Shown: positions 25,327-34,797 of the stretch, piece after piece | Layout: every line of letters starts with the position of its first letter | Numbering within the stretch: the stretch's first letter is position 1 | Assembly: GCA_964355275.1 (NCBI GenBank) | Contig: CAYHCB010000001.1 | Location: 99,424-163,423, forward strand | Reading direction: 5' to 3' | DNA length: 64,000 bases | Source of the DNA: an uncultured Gammaproteobacteria bacterium | GTDB lineage: Bacteria > Patescibacteriota > Patescibacteriia > Patescibacteriales > UBA12465 | The notes under the pieces: generated by a model | Databases searched by the model: none | Told to the model about the DNA's origin: nothing | Seen by the model: only the letters and a program-made list of their open reading frames with translations | Program-made: the position numbers and the translations under genes

Positions 25327-27330
25327 TTATTGAACCAGACCAGAATTATTAAAACTAGCAATATCATCATCTTCTAATTTAGTAGTTTTTGAATTAATTT
25401 TTTTATCAAGGACTGATTTAGTGTCAGAATCAATGGCGCTGACGTTTGAACCAGAAAGCAAAACCAATAAACTATTACGTTGGCTTTCATTTGGCGTAAC
25501 ACTAATATTAAATTCTGCCTGAGCTTTATAAGTAGAAACTGGCAAAATACCAATATTCCAAATAACCGAATGGCTAGCACTATCAAAAATTAAATTACCG
25601 GTTGAGATTTGGATACCATCATTAAATGAGACGTAATCTGGCAATTTAGAGATTACTTTTGTATCGCTGAGTTCATGAAGATTATTTTCAATTTTCCAAT
25701 ACACCTTAAGGCTGGTTTTTTCATTTACTTTTGGCGGCAGTGGCCCAGAACCAACTGGGGTATTATTTTCATCAAAATAAAGAACTTTTTCAGTTAGACT
25801 TAAATCACTATTAATTTTAGTCATTATATTATTACTCTTACTATCATTTAAGCCGCCCTGGCGATTATTAACATTAAATTGCGCATAACTTTGGATAGTG
25901 AAACTTTTACCTAAATCACTATCATTATAAGGTCTAACAGCAATTGAAAAATCAATCACCCCTTCCTCTCCTGGATCTAAGGAGCTTAAATCTGGAATCT
26001 GTTCTTTAGTCCAGGTAATTGTATTTTCACCTAAGATTCCTTTTTCAACATTTTTAAAACTAGACCAGTCTAAAAAATCACCCTTTAAAGCAACCATAAT
26101 AGCCACATCACTTAGCGGTCCGTCACTTTTATTAGAGTAAGTTAAAGAATAATTTAAAGTGTCAGAAAAGTTAGCAGTGTTATCATTTTTACTACCATTT
26201 AAAATTAAAGTTAAATTTAAGTTACTATTCATTACATTAAGCCCCACAGTTTTTTCTGCAAAAGTATATGACTTTCCATTTTCCATTTTTTTACTTAACT
26301 TAATAGTAATAGATTGATTATCATCAACCTTCTTAGTAACTTTATAATATACCGGTAAACGATAAGTCCCGTCACTAGCTATTAAATTACGCACACCCCA
26401 TAGTAAAGTCGTCTTTTTATCAACTATTAAACTTGGATCGGTAGTAGATGCTGTAGTACTAGCTGAACCCGGTGTTGTCTGCGGATTTATTAAAATAATA
26501 TTTTCCGGAAACATAAAAGAAACATCAAAATCATCTAAAAAATTACTTTTTACATTAGTAAAAACTAAATCTATTTGACCTTCTTCACCAACTAAAGCAG
26601 CATTGGCATATTCAAAACCTAAATCAAAGCCTAAATCATTAACTAAAGTTGAAGCAACTATCTCTTTTTTAAATTCGCTAGAAAGCTCCCCAGGCTGATA
26701 ACTAAGGCTAGCAATAATTAAACTAGCGGTATCTTTGTTAGAAACTAGTTTTCCTTTTACTAAAATATTAGACTCACCACCGATAAGCAAAGCCGGTAAA
26801 CTAAAATAATTTTGTGAAGCTGATCCCTGAATTGCCTCTAAGCCAGGGCCAGAAACCTCGGAAACTATAAAATTATCAGGATATTTAAATTCTAAACGCA
26901 AAGAGTTTAAATTAAACTTACTACGATTCTTATAATGCAGAGTATAAACAAACTCTTCTCCAGCCTTAACTTGCTCAGGAGCATTTATAGTAAAATCTAC
27001 CAAGGAAGCGTCCAGTGATTGATTAGAAAAATAAAAATAAAAACCATAACCTAAAACAAGCAACACCGCCACCACAAATAATTTTTTAATAATTGATACT
27101 AAGACTGAACCTTTTTCGTGTTTCATGTGAGACACATCAACTAAATCTCCAGCTTTATCACGATAAATTTCTGATAAATTATCGTCGATTTCTTCTTGAC
27201 GAGCTTCTTTTTTAACCGCCCTTTCAAAAATTTTGACCTGCTCTTCACTGGGTACCGGTCTTTTTATAAAAACTGGCGCAACTTGACGACTGGAAATTTT
27301 TTTAGGTTTATTTTTGTTATCAATTATCAT
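25327..27330 (-). CDS. single-pass membrane protein with repeated beta-sandwich (DUF11/CARDB-like) domains
   Basis: Charged N-terminal tail and one TM (LFVVAVLLVLGYGFYFYF). Then 3-4 repeats of the pattern G-x-x-hydrophobic-x-Y-x-hydrophobic-x-Y/F-x-N. Confidence 0.6.
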   Translation of the reverse strand: MIIDNKNKPKKISSRQVAPVFIKRPVPSEEQVKIFERAVKKEARQEEIDDNLSEIYRDKAGDLVDVSHMKHEKGSVLVSIIKKLFVVAVLLVLGYGFYFYFSNQSLDASLVDFTINAPEQVKAGEEFVYTLHYKNRSKFNLNSLRLEFKYPDNFIVSEVSGPGLEAIQGSASQNYFSLPALLIGGESNILVKGKLVSNKDTASLIIASLSYQPGELSSEFKKEIVASTLVNDLGFDLGFEYANAALVGEEGQIDLVFTNVKSNFLDDFDVSFMFPENIILINPQTTPGSASTTASTTDPSLIVDKKTTLLWGVRNLIASDGTYRLPVYYKVTKKVDDNQSITIKLSKKMENGKSYTFAEKTVGLNVMNSNLNLTLILNGSKNDNTANFSDTLNYSLTYSNKSDGPLSDVAIMVALKGDFLDWSSFKNVEKGILGENTITWTKEQIPDLSSLDPGEEGVIDFSIAVRPYNDSDLGKSFTIQSYAQFNVNNRQGGLNDSKSNNIMTKINSDLSLTEKVLYFDENNTPVGSGPLPPKVNEKTSLKVYWKIENNLHELSDTKVISKLPDYVSFNDGIQISTGNLIFDSASHSVIWNIGILPVSTYKAQAEFNISVTPNESQRNSLLVLLSGSNVSAIDSDTKSVLDKKINSKTTKLEDDDIASFNNSGLVQ

Positions 27331-27341
27331 AATTTTTTTAA

Positions 27342-29849
27342 TTATCTATTGGAGACTAAAATAGAATAAAATTGGTCCCTATCTAATAGCCATTTATTCT
27401 TTAAATCGTTTAAATTTTTATCAGAGGAATTCCAAACTAATTTAGCAAAACTGGGTAATCTCAAATCGGTAGTTATATTTTCCCCTTCTGCCCCTGGTTG
27501 CTTTTGGACAGACAAAGAATAAGGATATAAATTATTATCGGAAGAATTAAGCCAATTATTTAAACGACTATAAAAGTCATTTTTTATTTCTTTTTGCCAC
27601 AGATTAAATGGTAATTTATATCGCAAAGTAATTGTTACACTATTCCCCGGATCAAGCATTAACCAATTAGCAAAAACTGTTTTTCCATTTTCTTGATATA
27701 TCTTAGTACCGCTAAGTGAATCGGTTACGGCTAAATCCTCTGTTTGCGCGATAAACTCATTAGTTATCCAAGCTGGATCAGGCTCCTCAAAATATTTAAG
27801 ATCGGGTGACGAAAAACCAGAAGCAAATAATAACTCACTACCTTGAGGCACATAAACTCTTAACCAATCAACATTACGAACGCCAACTAGTGGAGTATTT
27901 TTGGCGGCCGTATGGGCTCTAGTTACTGTCACAGTATCGATAATAGACCCATCGTAAGAAACATCAACTTGATGAGTGATTTCTTCTTTTATTACCCTAT
28001 CAGTTTTAGCACCTGCGATATTTGTATTTGTCACCATTAAATAATCAAATGGAGCCTTAGACATAGCTCCTCCCCAATTACGATCGATAATTGTTTTTTC
28101 TAAACTAGCATCTTTAAAATAAAACATTATTTGCTTTGAAGCTAAACTATCCTCAGAGATACTAAGTAATTTTATTAAATTATTTTTATCTAATTTTTGA
28201 GGCAATACTTCCAATATTTTCGCCATCAAATCACCAATGATTTTTTTAGGTTTATTCTTCTCTCCTTCCGGTAAATGAGTGACCGCTTCTGGATTACTTT
28301 TTATTAAATTATCTCTTTCGGCTGTAAGCTCAACTTGTTGCCAAAAATTATCAGCCGTAATTATTAGGCCATAATCTTTAGTTAAATCAATTGGCCCAGT
28401 AACTAATAATAGTTTTTCAACTACACTTGGAGTAAACGAAATAACGCCATCTACTGATGGGCCGTCACTTTTTTCATAAAACCACATCAAGTTTTTGGCT
28501 GTAGTTGGAAAATCAGGCCACCAATTAGCATCCCAAAAATGCCATTGAGGGTTAACTAAATGTAATGGTTCTGGTGCCTTTATTTTTTCACTTAAACCAG
28601 CCTCGGTATCATATGAGCCGCCGCCCGGCACTTCTAAATTACGAATTTTTCCCTCTCTAAAATCAACTAAGGCATAGCTTCCCAAAAAACCGCCCGCCCC
28701 CCTCATCTCGGCATTATTTTGAAAAATAAGTAAATATCTTTTATCACGACCAGCCCCTAAAAATAATTTTAATTCGTCAATATTATCTACTACTAAAGAT
28801 AAATTATCAGGTAATTTATCTACTTTGGCGGCCAATTCAGTAAAACGCCCCCGATAATCTTCTGGTAAATTATTAATGTTTATTTTTTTTAATTCTAACT
28901 TAAGCAAATTTGCATCATTTAACGCTAAATGACCATGCACTGAAAAATCATCTAATATTTTTATCCAATTTCCATCGCTACTAGTAGATAAACCAGACAA
29001 AGCCTGAGATAATTCTTGACCCAAATTGGCGCTCAACATACCGACTCTTAAAAACTTTTTACTCTCAGCGGCTAATTTTATTTTGGGGTCAGAAGACAAA
29101 GATGCAAGTGATAAAATGGTGTCATTAATAAAAGCCATATCATCGCTTGCTTGCAAAAAATTAGCGCCAGCGTCAGCAAAACGATTTTGCGCTGTTCCAA
29201 GATCTAATTTAGAAGCAGCCGCTCCAGCGCCCATTAAATTATCAACTGCTAATTTAGAATGAGTAATAATTTTATCTTCCAGAATTGAAATATTAAAAAC
29301 TTGCAAATAAGCTAATATTTTAAAAGGCACGATTAAAAATAATAAAACTAAAAAGAAAGAAAATAATGAACGATACCACTTTAGTTGCCAAACTTGATTA
29401 AATAAAACCTCTTTTTTATTTAAATTATTTTTATTTTTTATTAAAAACTGATAACGAATTTTTTTTAATTTTTTTTCACCACCACGTAACTCTCTATCAA
29501 AAATATTGTGTTTATTACGTAAAAAATTAGTAATATACTTTTCTAAAGAATATAAAAAATAAAAAGATGAAAAAGTAATTTTTTCTTTTTCTTTTATTAT
29601 TTTTTTATTTTTAATTAAATTGCCATACAAATTTTTTGTTACTTTTTTAGCCTGAAGATAGGTGTCTTCATAACCATCTATACCATCTAGAAAATTTGGT
29701 GATATACTATTTTTTTTAACTCGTCTTTTTTTATTCTTTTTCTCTAATGCCAATTTTTCTAAATTATTATTGCGCAAATCAAGTATAAAATTAGACACTG
29801 GTAAGTGCTCAGAATAATTTATATTTTGTTTTCTATTTAAATTAATCAT
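27342..29849 (-). CDS. DUF4012-like single-pass membrane protein
   Basis: K/N-rich N-terminal tail, one TM, and a central motif FQNNAEMRGAGGFLGSYALV that I recall as typical of DUF4012 (from memory, unverified). Confidence 0.6.
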   Translation of the reverse strand: MINLNRKQNINYSEHLPVSNFILDLRNNNLEKLALEKKNKKRRVKKNSISPNFLDGIDGYEDTYLQAKKVTKNLYGNLIKNKKIIKEKEKITFSSFYFLYSLEKYITNFLRNKHNIFDRELRGGEKKLKKIRYQFLIKNKNNLNKKEVLFNQVWQLKWYRSLFSFFLVLLFLIVPFKILAYLQVFNISILEDKIITHSKLAVDNLMGAGAAASKLDLGTAQNRFADAGANFLQASDDMAFINDTILSLASLSSDPKIKLAAESKKFLRVGMLSANLGQELSQALSGLSTSSDGNWIKILDDFSVHGHLALNDANLLKLELKKININNLPEDYRGRFTELAAKVDKLPDNLSLVVDNIDELKLFLGAGRDKRYLLIFQNNAEMRGAGGFLGSYALVDFREGKIRNLEVPGGGSYDTEAGLSEKIKAPEPLHLVNPQWHFWDANWWPDFPTTAKNLMWFYEKSDGPSVDGVISFTPSVVEKLLLVTGPIDLTKDYGLIITADNFWQQVELTAERDNLIKSNPEAVTHLPEGEKNKPKKIIGDLMAKILEVLPQKLDKNNLIKLLSISEDSLASKQIMFYFKDASLEKTIIDRNWGGAMSKAPFDYLMVTNTNIAGAKTDRVIKEEITHQVDVSYDGSIIDTVTVTRAHTAAKNTPLVGVRNVDWLRVYVPQGSELLFASGFSSPDLKYFEEPDPAWITNEFIAQTEDLAVTDSLSGTKIYQENGKTVFANWLMLDPGNSVTITLRYKLPFNLWQKEIKNDFYSRLNNWLNSSDNNLYPYSLSVQKQPGAEGENITTDLRLPSFAKLVWNSSDKNLNDLKNKWLLDRDQFYSILVSNR

Positions 29850-31055
29850 TTACTTAGAACGAGTTAAAACGTAGCGATAAATTTGACTGGTTATTCTAGC
29901 GCACTCCCACCAACTATATTTTTTTACTTGTAAATAACCAAGAGCAATTAGCTGCTCTCGTTTACTTTTATCATTTAAAACACTACTAATAACCTCAGCC
30001 ATTTCTTCTTTATTTTCTGGATCAAAATAAATTGCTGCCTCGCCTAAAACTTCTGGCATACTAGCTCTGTTGGAGCTAGCAACAGGACAACCATGTGCCA
30101 TCGCTTCAAGTGGCGGTAAACCAAAACCCTCATAAAGAGACGGAAAAACATAAATAGCTGCCTCTTGAAATAAAGCTTCTAAATCAACATCAGGAACATA
30201 ACCAGTAAAAATAATAGCGCTATTACGATTTTCTTTTTGCCACAAGTTATTACTTTTAGCTATTTCTTTTATACGATTATAAAAATAATCCTCTTTACCG
30301 ACTAAAACTAAACGTAAATCTGGACGCTTACCATGTAACTGCGAAAAAGCAGTAATCAGTCCATCTAAATTCTTGTGGGGGTAAGCATTTCCCACGTAGA
30401 GTAAAAAAGGACCACTAACATTATAAAGGGCTAAAGTTTTTTTATTATCCAATTTTGTGACAAACAAAGAGTCATTACCCTTTGTTAAATTAGCGACGCC
30501 CTCATAAGTAATTTCAATTTTATCAGCTGAAGCTCTAAACTGATCAATTAGATCTATTTTGGTAAATTTAGAAACTGTAATAATTTTTTTAGCATGACTA
30601 ACCGCTGAAGCAATAATTAAACGATAAGCTTTATCTTTTAACCAATAAACTAATGGGTGTAAGGTTGAAGCTCGATGAGTAGGAAATTTAGTTAGAATTA
30701 AATCATGTATCGTTACCACGTAACTGCCTGGTTTAATAAGCGGTACGTTGAAATGAGGAAAATGCATTAAGTCAACTTTAGCGCGCCACCACTTATACGG
30801 AATTTCAAACTGCTCTGATAAAGTATACCAACGTGATTTTATAAGTTCCTTGCGAACGTTATTATTTGGACAAATAAATTCATCGAAATTATCTGGTGAT
30901 AAAAAAATAATATAATCAAACAGATGCTCTTTAGAATCAAGGGCAATAACGTTATCAACTATTTCTTGCGTATAACGACCTAGCCCCTTGCCTAAAGGGC
31001 CGTAAAAACGAGCATCAATACCGATTATTAGGCGTTTTTCTGATTTAGTATTCAT
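29850..31055 (-). CDS. glycosyltransferase family 4 (GT-B)
   Basis: C-terminal EGFGLPPLEAMA (E-x7-E) motif. Its stop codon abuts the next ATG. Confidence 0.9.
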   Translation of the reverse strand: MNTKSEKRLIIGIDARFYGPLGKGLGRYTQEIVDNVIALDSKEHLFDYIIFLSPDNFDEFICPNNNVRKELIKSRWYTLSEQFEIPYKWWRAKVDLMHFPHFNVPLIKPGSYVVTIHDLILTKFPTHRASTLHPLVYWLKDKAYRLIIASAVSHAKKIITVSKFTKIDLIDQFRASADKIEITYEGVANLTKGNDSLFVTKLDNKKTLALYNVSGPFLLYVGNAYPHKNLDGLITAFSQLHGKRPDLRLVLVGKEDYFYNRIKEIAKSNNLWQKENRNSAIIFTGYVPDVDLEALFQEAAIYVFPSLYEGFGLPPLEAMAHGCPVASSNRASMPEVLGEAAIYFDPENKEEMAEVISSVLNDKSKREQLIALGYLQVKKYSWWECARITSQIYRYVLTRSK

Positions 31056-31070
31056 GATTAAATAAATAAA

Positions 31071-32600
31071 TTAAACAAATGGTAAACCGGCCGGTGGTTC
31101 ATTTTTACTTAATTCTTCCTTTTTTTGTTCTTTTGAAAAATTATTACTTACATTATTACCCTCAACCCAAAATAAAGAGTCCCCATTTTTATTATCGACA
31201 TTTGAAGTTATATCTTGCGAACTACTGGCTGCGTCTTTATCTGTTATTTCTTTTTTTAAATTTAGCTCACCAAAAATATCTGGTGGCAAAGCTTGATTAC
31301 TAGTTTCTTCAAAAATAGGCAGCGATGAAGGTGCGTCAGCTTTTCTTCCTGGTGCCTTTTGAATAAGAGGTGCCTTCACATTAGCCTCAAGTGGAAAATG
31401 CCAAAGAGTTGCCAGTTCTTCTATATTAAATACTCCAGGATTTCTACCACTATAAGCACTACGATTTATATAGTTTTGGATTAAGGTATTCTTTTTAGTA
31501 ATCAACCGACTGTCCTTAGAAAAATAAGCCGTTTTAGTCGCCGTTACATTCATATCAGGCTTTAAGTTATTAAGATCAAGGGCGGCAAATTGTTTAACCC
31601 AACCAACTAGACCACTAATTACTTTAGCCCGATTAAGGATTTCTTTTTTAGCAATATAAGCAACTCTCATTTTAAAACCAAAACCTAATTTAGATGATTT
31701 CATTTGAATGGCTTCAATTTGTTTTTTCTTTTTTGGAGTAAGTTCCATCATTGAAATTCCTTTTGTTTCTTTAGATTCAATATCCCCCCAAATAGCAAAA
31801 ATATATTCGCTCATCTCGCCTAACCAAGCAAAAAATTTTAAAGCTCTACCTTCTGCCTTTTTTTCTTTTCCTAAAATTTTATCAACTTCTTTATCAGAAT
31901 TTTTAATCCAATCAAAACCAATTGGTATAACAATAAATTGAATCCACAATTGCTCACCCTGTCTAAGAGAACTACACAAATCCATCAGTGAAGCCATGGG
32001 GTCTTTAAACTGAGTTTCTGATTCACCAAACTTATGTTCAAACTCTTGATAAAGTTTAATTGGATAAGATTCTGGGGCACCCTGTAAAAATTCCACCCCC
32101 CACATATCCCACTCTTCATCTGGAAATTTAGTGGGCATTCCAATAGTGTAATCATCTATTTCAGAAATTTCTGCATCTGGGTATTGTGAATAAACAGCTG
32201 ACTCAATTAAATAACGCGATTCTGCTGGAGTTCTAATTAGGAATTGAGTATAGCCTTCGATAGAAATAATTTCAAAACTAAAAGATTGTTGGAATTTACC
32301 TTCAAACCATTTTTCAAAAAAATTTATTGAGCCATGAGCGCCACCTAAATAAGTAAATAAATTTTCTACTGCTTTTGGTGACTGTTCGTTTCCTCTAGGG
32401 ACATCAACTGCTAAAATAATATTTTTTAAGGTAGCCGCAAATTTATCCTCAATATATATTAAATAAAGTTCTCGAACGGCAAGTAAAAACATAACGGCTA
32501 AAATCATCCAACCGATATTAACAAAAAACTGCCAAGCCATGTCCGCTGTATCAGCACGAAAAAACTCATCCAAACGAGTAGTATTTATAATGATATCCAT
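31071..32600 (-). CDS. membrane-anchored protein of unknown function (509 aa)
   Basis: One N-terminal TM (FFVNIGWMILAVMFLLAV), a large soluble domain and an acidic/Ser-rich tail. No motif I can name with confidence. Confidence 0.6.
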   Translation of the reverse strand: MDIIINTTRLDEFFRADTADMAWQFFVNIGWMILAVMFLLAVRELYLIYIEDKFAATLKNIILAVDVPRGNEQSPKAVENLFTYLGGAHGSINFFEKWFEGKFQQSFSFEIISIEGYTQFLIRTPAESRYLIESAVYSQYPDAEISEIDDYTIGMPTKFPDEEWDMWGVEFLQGAPESYPIKLYQEFEHKFGESETQFKDPMASLMDLCSSLRQGEQLWIQFIVIPIGFDWIKNSDKEVDKILGKEKKAEGRALKFFAWLGEMSEYIFAIWGDIESKETKGISMMELTPKKKKQIEAIQMKSSKLGFGFKMRVAYIAKKEILNRAKVISGLVGWVKQFAALDLNNLKPDMNVTATKTAYFSKDSRLITKKNTLIQNYINRSAYSGRNPGVFNIEELATLWHFPLEANVKAPLIQKAPGRKADAPSSLPIFEETSNQALPPDIFGELNLKKEITDKDAASSSQDITSNVDNKNGDSLFWVEGNNVSNNFSKEQKKEELSKNEPPAGLPFV

Positions 32601-32621
32601 ATGTCTATTTTATCATATTTA

Positions 32622-32658
32622 GCAAAAAACAAAAACGCCCTGATAGAATATCAAGGCG
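32622..32658 (-). terminator. strong Rho-independent terminator after the sigma-like gene
   Basis: Minus strand 10-bp stem CGCCTTGATA / TATCAGGGCG (one G-U), 3-nt loop, then TTTTTGTTTTTT. Confidence 0.75.
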
Positions 32659-32674
32659 TTGTTTAAAAGATAAT

Positions 32675-33706
32675 TTATTTTTGCCAGTCCTTAAGGCCAT
32701 ACATACCGCGACCAGTTAGAATATACCGACCATCTAAAATTAATTCATTATGAACAGTGGCTGGATTAGCATTTTTACGGTCAAATTTAACCTCATTAAT
32801 ACGACTAGCAATTTCGGTAAAATGCATTGGTCTATTTTCATTTTTAAGAACCAAGTAAATCTTATCATTAATAGTTTTTGGTTTAATTTCGTGTGAATCA
32901 GCTTTTCCCCAATGACCAAATTTATTTTGTTCAACGTTTTTTAAAGCTTGCAGTAAAGAATACAGAGTTTTATTAGAATTAATTATTTCTGCTTTATCAG
33001 GGAAAGTTTGACTTTTAAAAACAGAGGTAATATCGGTCGCACTTTCTTCATTAAGTAATCCTTGATATTTGCTATAAACATCTAAGCCCTTAATAAGCTC
33101 AAGTAACTCCTCAGTTGATAAGGTTTTCTGATTTTTTTCAATTTTACTTATCAAGTCATCGGATAATTCCTCTAAATGCTTAGTTTCTGAATTTTTTGTT
33201 TTATAAGATAAATTAAATTTATCTGATTCTTTAACGACATCTAAATCATCTTCAAGTAACTTAGAAATTAAAAAATTAAAATGGTTACGATATATAGATC
33301 TGGTCTCAGCAGTAACTTCTTTATTATTGTCACCAATTTCTAAAGAATAAACAGTTAAAATATCTAATAGATAATCACGACGAAGTAAGCCACCATGTTC
33401 TTCTAGAAGTTTAGAAATAGTGGTTTTAAGTGAACTAAGACAGCTTTCTAGATTTTCTAACTTCTTGATTTTACGGATACTAGCCACCTCTATCTGGCGA
33501 ACTCTTTCGCGAGTTAATTTGTGCATTTGGCCAATCTTTTCTAAAGTCTCAGATTTACCACCCTTTAAACCAAAACGACGTGAAAGAACGTCGCATTCAC
33601 GATCTAAAAGCTCCGAAAAAAGATTATTCACAATGGTAATAGCATCAAGACGAGCCAGCTCTTCTGACTTCTCTTCTTTTACCATTCTTTCTAAGACATT
33701 TTCCAT
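32675..33706 (-). CDS. sigma-70 region-4-like HTH protein with C-terminal HARE-HTH-like domain
   Basis: LSRRFGL...TLEKIGQMHKLTRERVRQIEVASIRKIK (region 4). C-terminus is like the RNAP delta N-terminal fold: MHFTEIASRI...TVHNELILDGRYILTGRGMYGLKDW. Confidence 0.7.
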   Translation of the reverse strand: MENVLERMVKEEKSEELARLDAITIVNNLFSELLDRECDVLSRRFGLKGGKSETLEKIGQMHKLTRERVRQIEVASIRKIKKLENLESCLSSLKTTISKLLEEHGGLLRRDYLLDILTVYSLEIGDNNKEVTAETRSIYRNHFNFLISKLLEDDLDVVKESDKFNLSYKTKNSETKHLEELSDDLISKIEKNQKTLSTEELLELIKGLDVYSKYQGLLNEESATDITSVFKSQTFPDKAEIINSNKTLYSLLQALKNVEQNKFGHWGKADSHEIKPKTINDKIYLVLKNENRPMHFTEIASRINEVKFDRKNANPATVHNELILDGRYILTGRGMYGLKDWQK

Positions 33707-33804
33707 ACTATTTTAAAAAATATCAGTTTCCTAAATATTTTATTAATTTATAATCATTGCTTAATTTAATTTTCAATAAGGTCAACTTATCATAATATTT
33801 TAGA

Positions 33805-34788
33805 TTAGTCAATAGCTTTTTGGTTATTTTTCGGCTCTCTCAGATACTGGCTAATTTTTAAATAATTTTTTAATAGAAATGGTTCGAATATTAGCGCATA
33901 AACCCCAAAAGAGAGCCATTTTGTTATAATTTTTAACTTATTCAGCTTGTCTTGTTTTGACCAAAATTTTATCATCAACAGGTGCTGGTTCAAAAAAGAC
34001 CAAGATTTGACCTGTTTACTCTTTTCCTTTCTATTTTTTAAAATTGAAAAAAGCCCCGCTCCTTTAGCAGACACACTACGATCATGATAAACTAAGGCCT
34101 CTGATATAAGTTTTGAAGAAAAGCCCAATAAAAACAAGCGATAAGCTAAATCGCAATCTTCTTTATACATAAACATTCGCTCGTCTAAAAAACCGGTTTT
34201 TTCTTTAACTTTAGATAGGGCTGTCATTCTATAGAGACCAGCGGCACCCGAGGGGCCCAAAATTGAAAAATTATGGAATTGATTAGTATCAAGAAGTCCT
34301 TGACCAATATCAGTAAAAATCAAACCGGGACGGAGTGTCAACCCACAAGTATCAATAACTTTGGTTAATTTTTGATTAGTAAAGTCCCAATTTAACACCT
34401 TTGGCGCTACTGAACCAAGCATACCGTCAGAATTAAGGGCCAGTAAAAGCTTCTCTAAAGTATCTGGGGCTAAAATCGTATCAGGATTAATTATTAAGAA
34501 GGCTTCGGCCCCCCACTCCTTAGCCTGAGAAATCATAATATTATAACTTTTAGAGAAACCATCGTTACCACCTGACCAGGAAAAATCAATCAGTACTTCA
34601 TTTTTATTAAAAACATTTTTAATATACTCATAATTATAATTATCTTTATCATCACTGTTATCACGAGCTAAAACTAAAAACTGACCCCTTGGTAAATACT
34701 CCAGAGATTTAAATAGGCTGTCTAAAAAATATGGTAAATATTTAGCCGTATCTGTATTATAGGTTATAAAACCAACCGCTAATTTCAT
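33805..34788 (-). CDS. glycosyltransferase family 2
   Basis: N-terminal GT-A fold (VGFITYN, DNSDD) with a central ED motif, rhamnosyltransferase-like. Confidence 0.85.
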   Translation of the reverse strand: MKLAVGFITYNTDTAKYLPYFLDSLFKSLEYLPRGQFLVLARDNSDDKDNYNYEYIKNVFNKNEVLIDFSWSGGNDGFSKSYNIMISQAKEWGAEAFLIINPDTILAPDTLEKLLLALNSDGMLGSVAPKVLNWDFTNQKLTKVIDTCGLTLRPGLIFTDIGQGLLDTNQFHNFSILGPSGAAGLYRMTALSKVKEKTGFLDERMFMYKEDCDLAYRLFLLGFSSKLISEALVYHDRSVSAKGAGLFSILKNRKEKSKQVKSWSFLNQHLLMIKFWSKQDKLNKLKIITKWLSFGVYALIFEPFLLKNYLKISQYLREPKNNQKAID

Positions 34789-34797
34789 AATTTTGGT

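Noticed and set aside
29400-29849. Homopolymer-rich, repeat-looking DNA (A/T runs) at the 5' end of the DUF4012-like gene
   Set aside because: It translates in frame to a Lys/Asn-rich cytoplasmic tail like those of the neighbouring membrane proteins. It is low-complexity coding sequence, not a repeat element or a phase-variation tract I can support.
25374-33716. ORFs 25374..25586 (-), 29026..29262, 31079..31303, 31708..31941 (+), 32740..32934 (-) and 33420..33716 (+)
   Set aside because: They are nested out-of-frame or antisense within the much longer envelope-cluster ORFs, which is the more parsimonious coding assignment.
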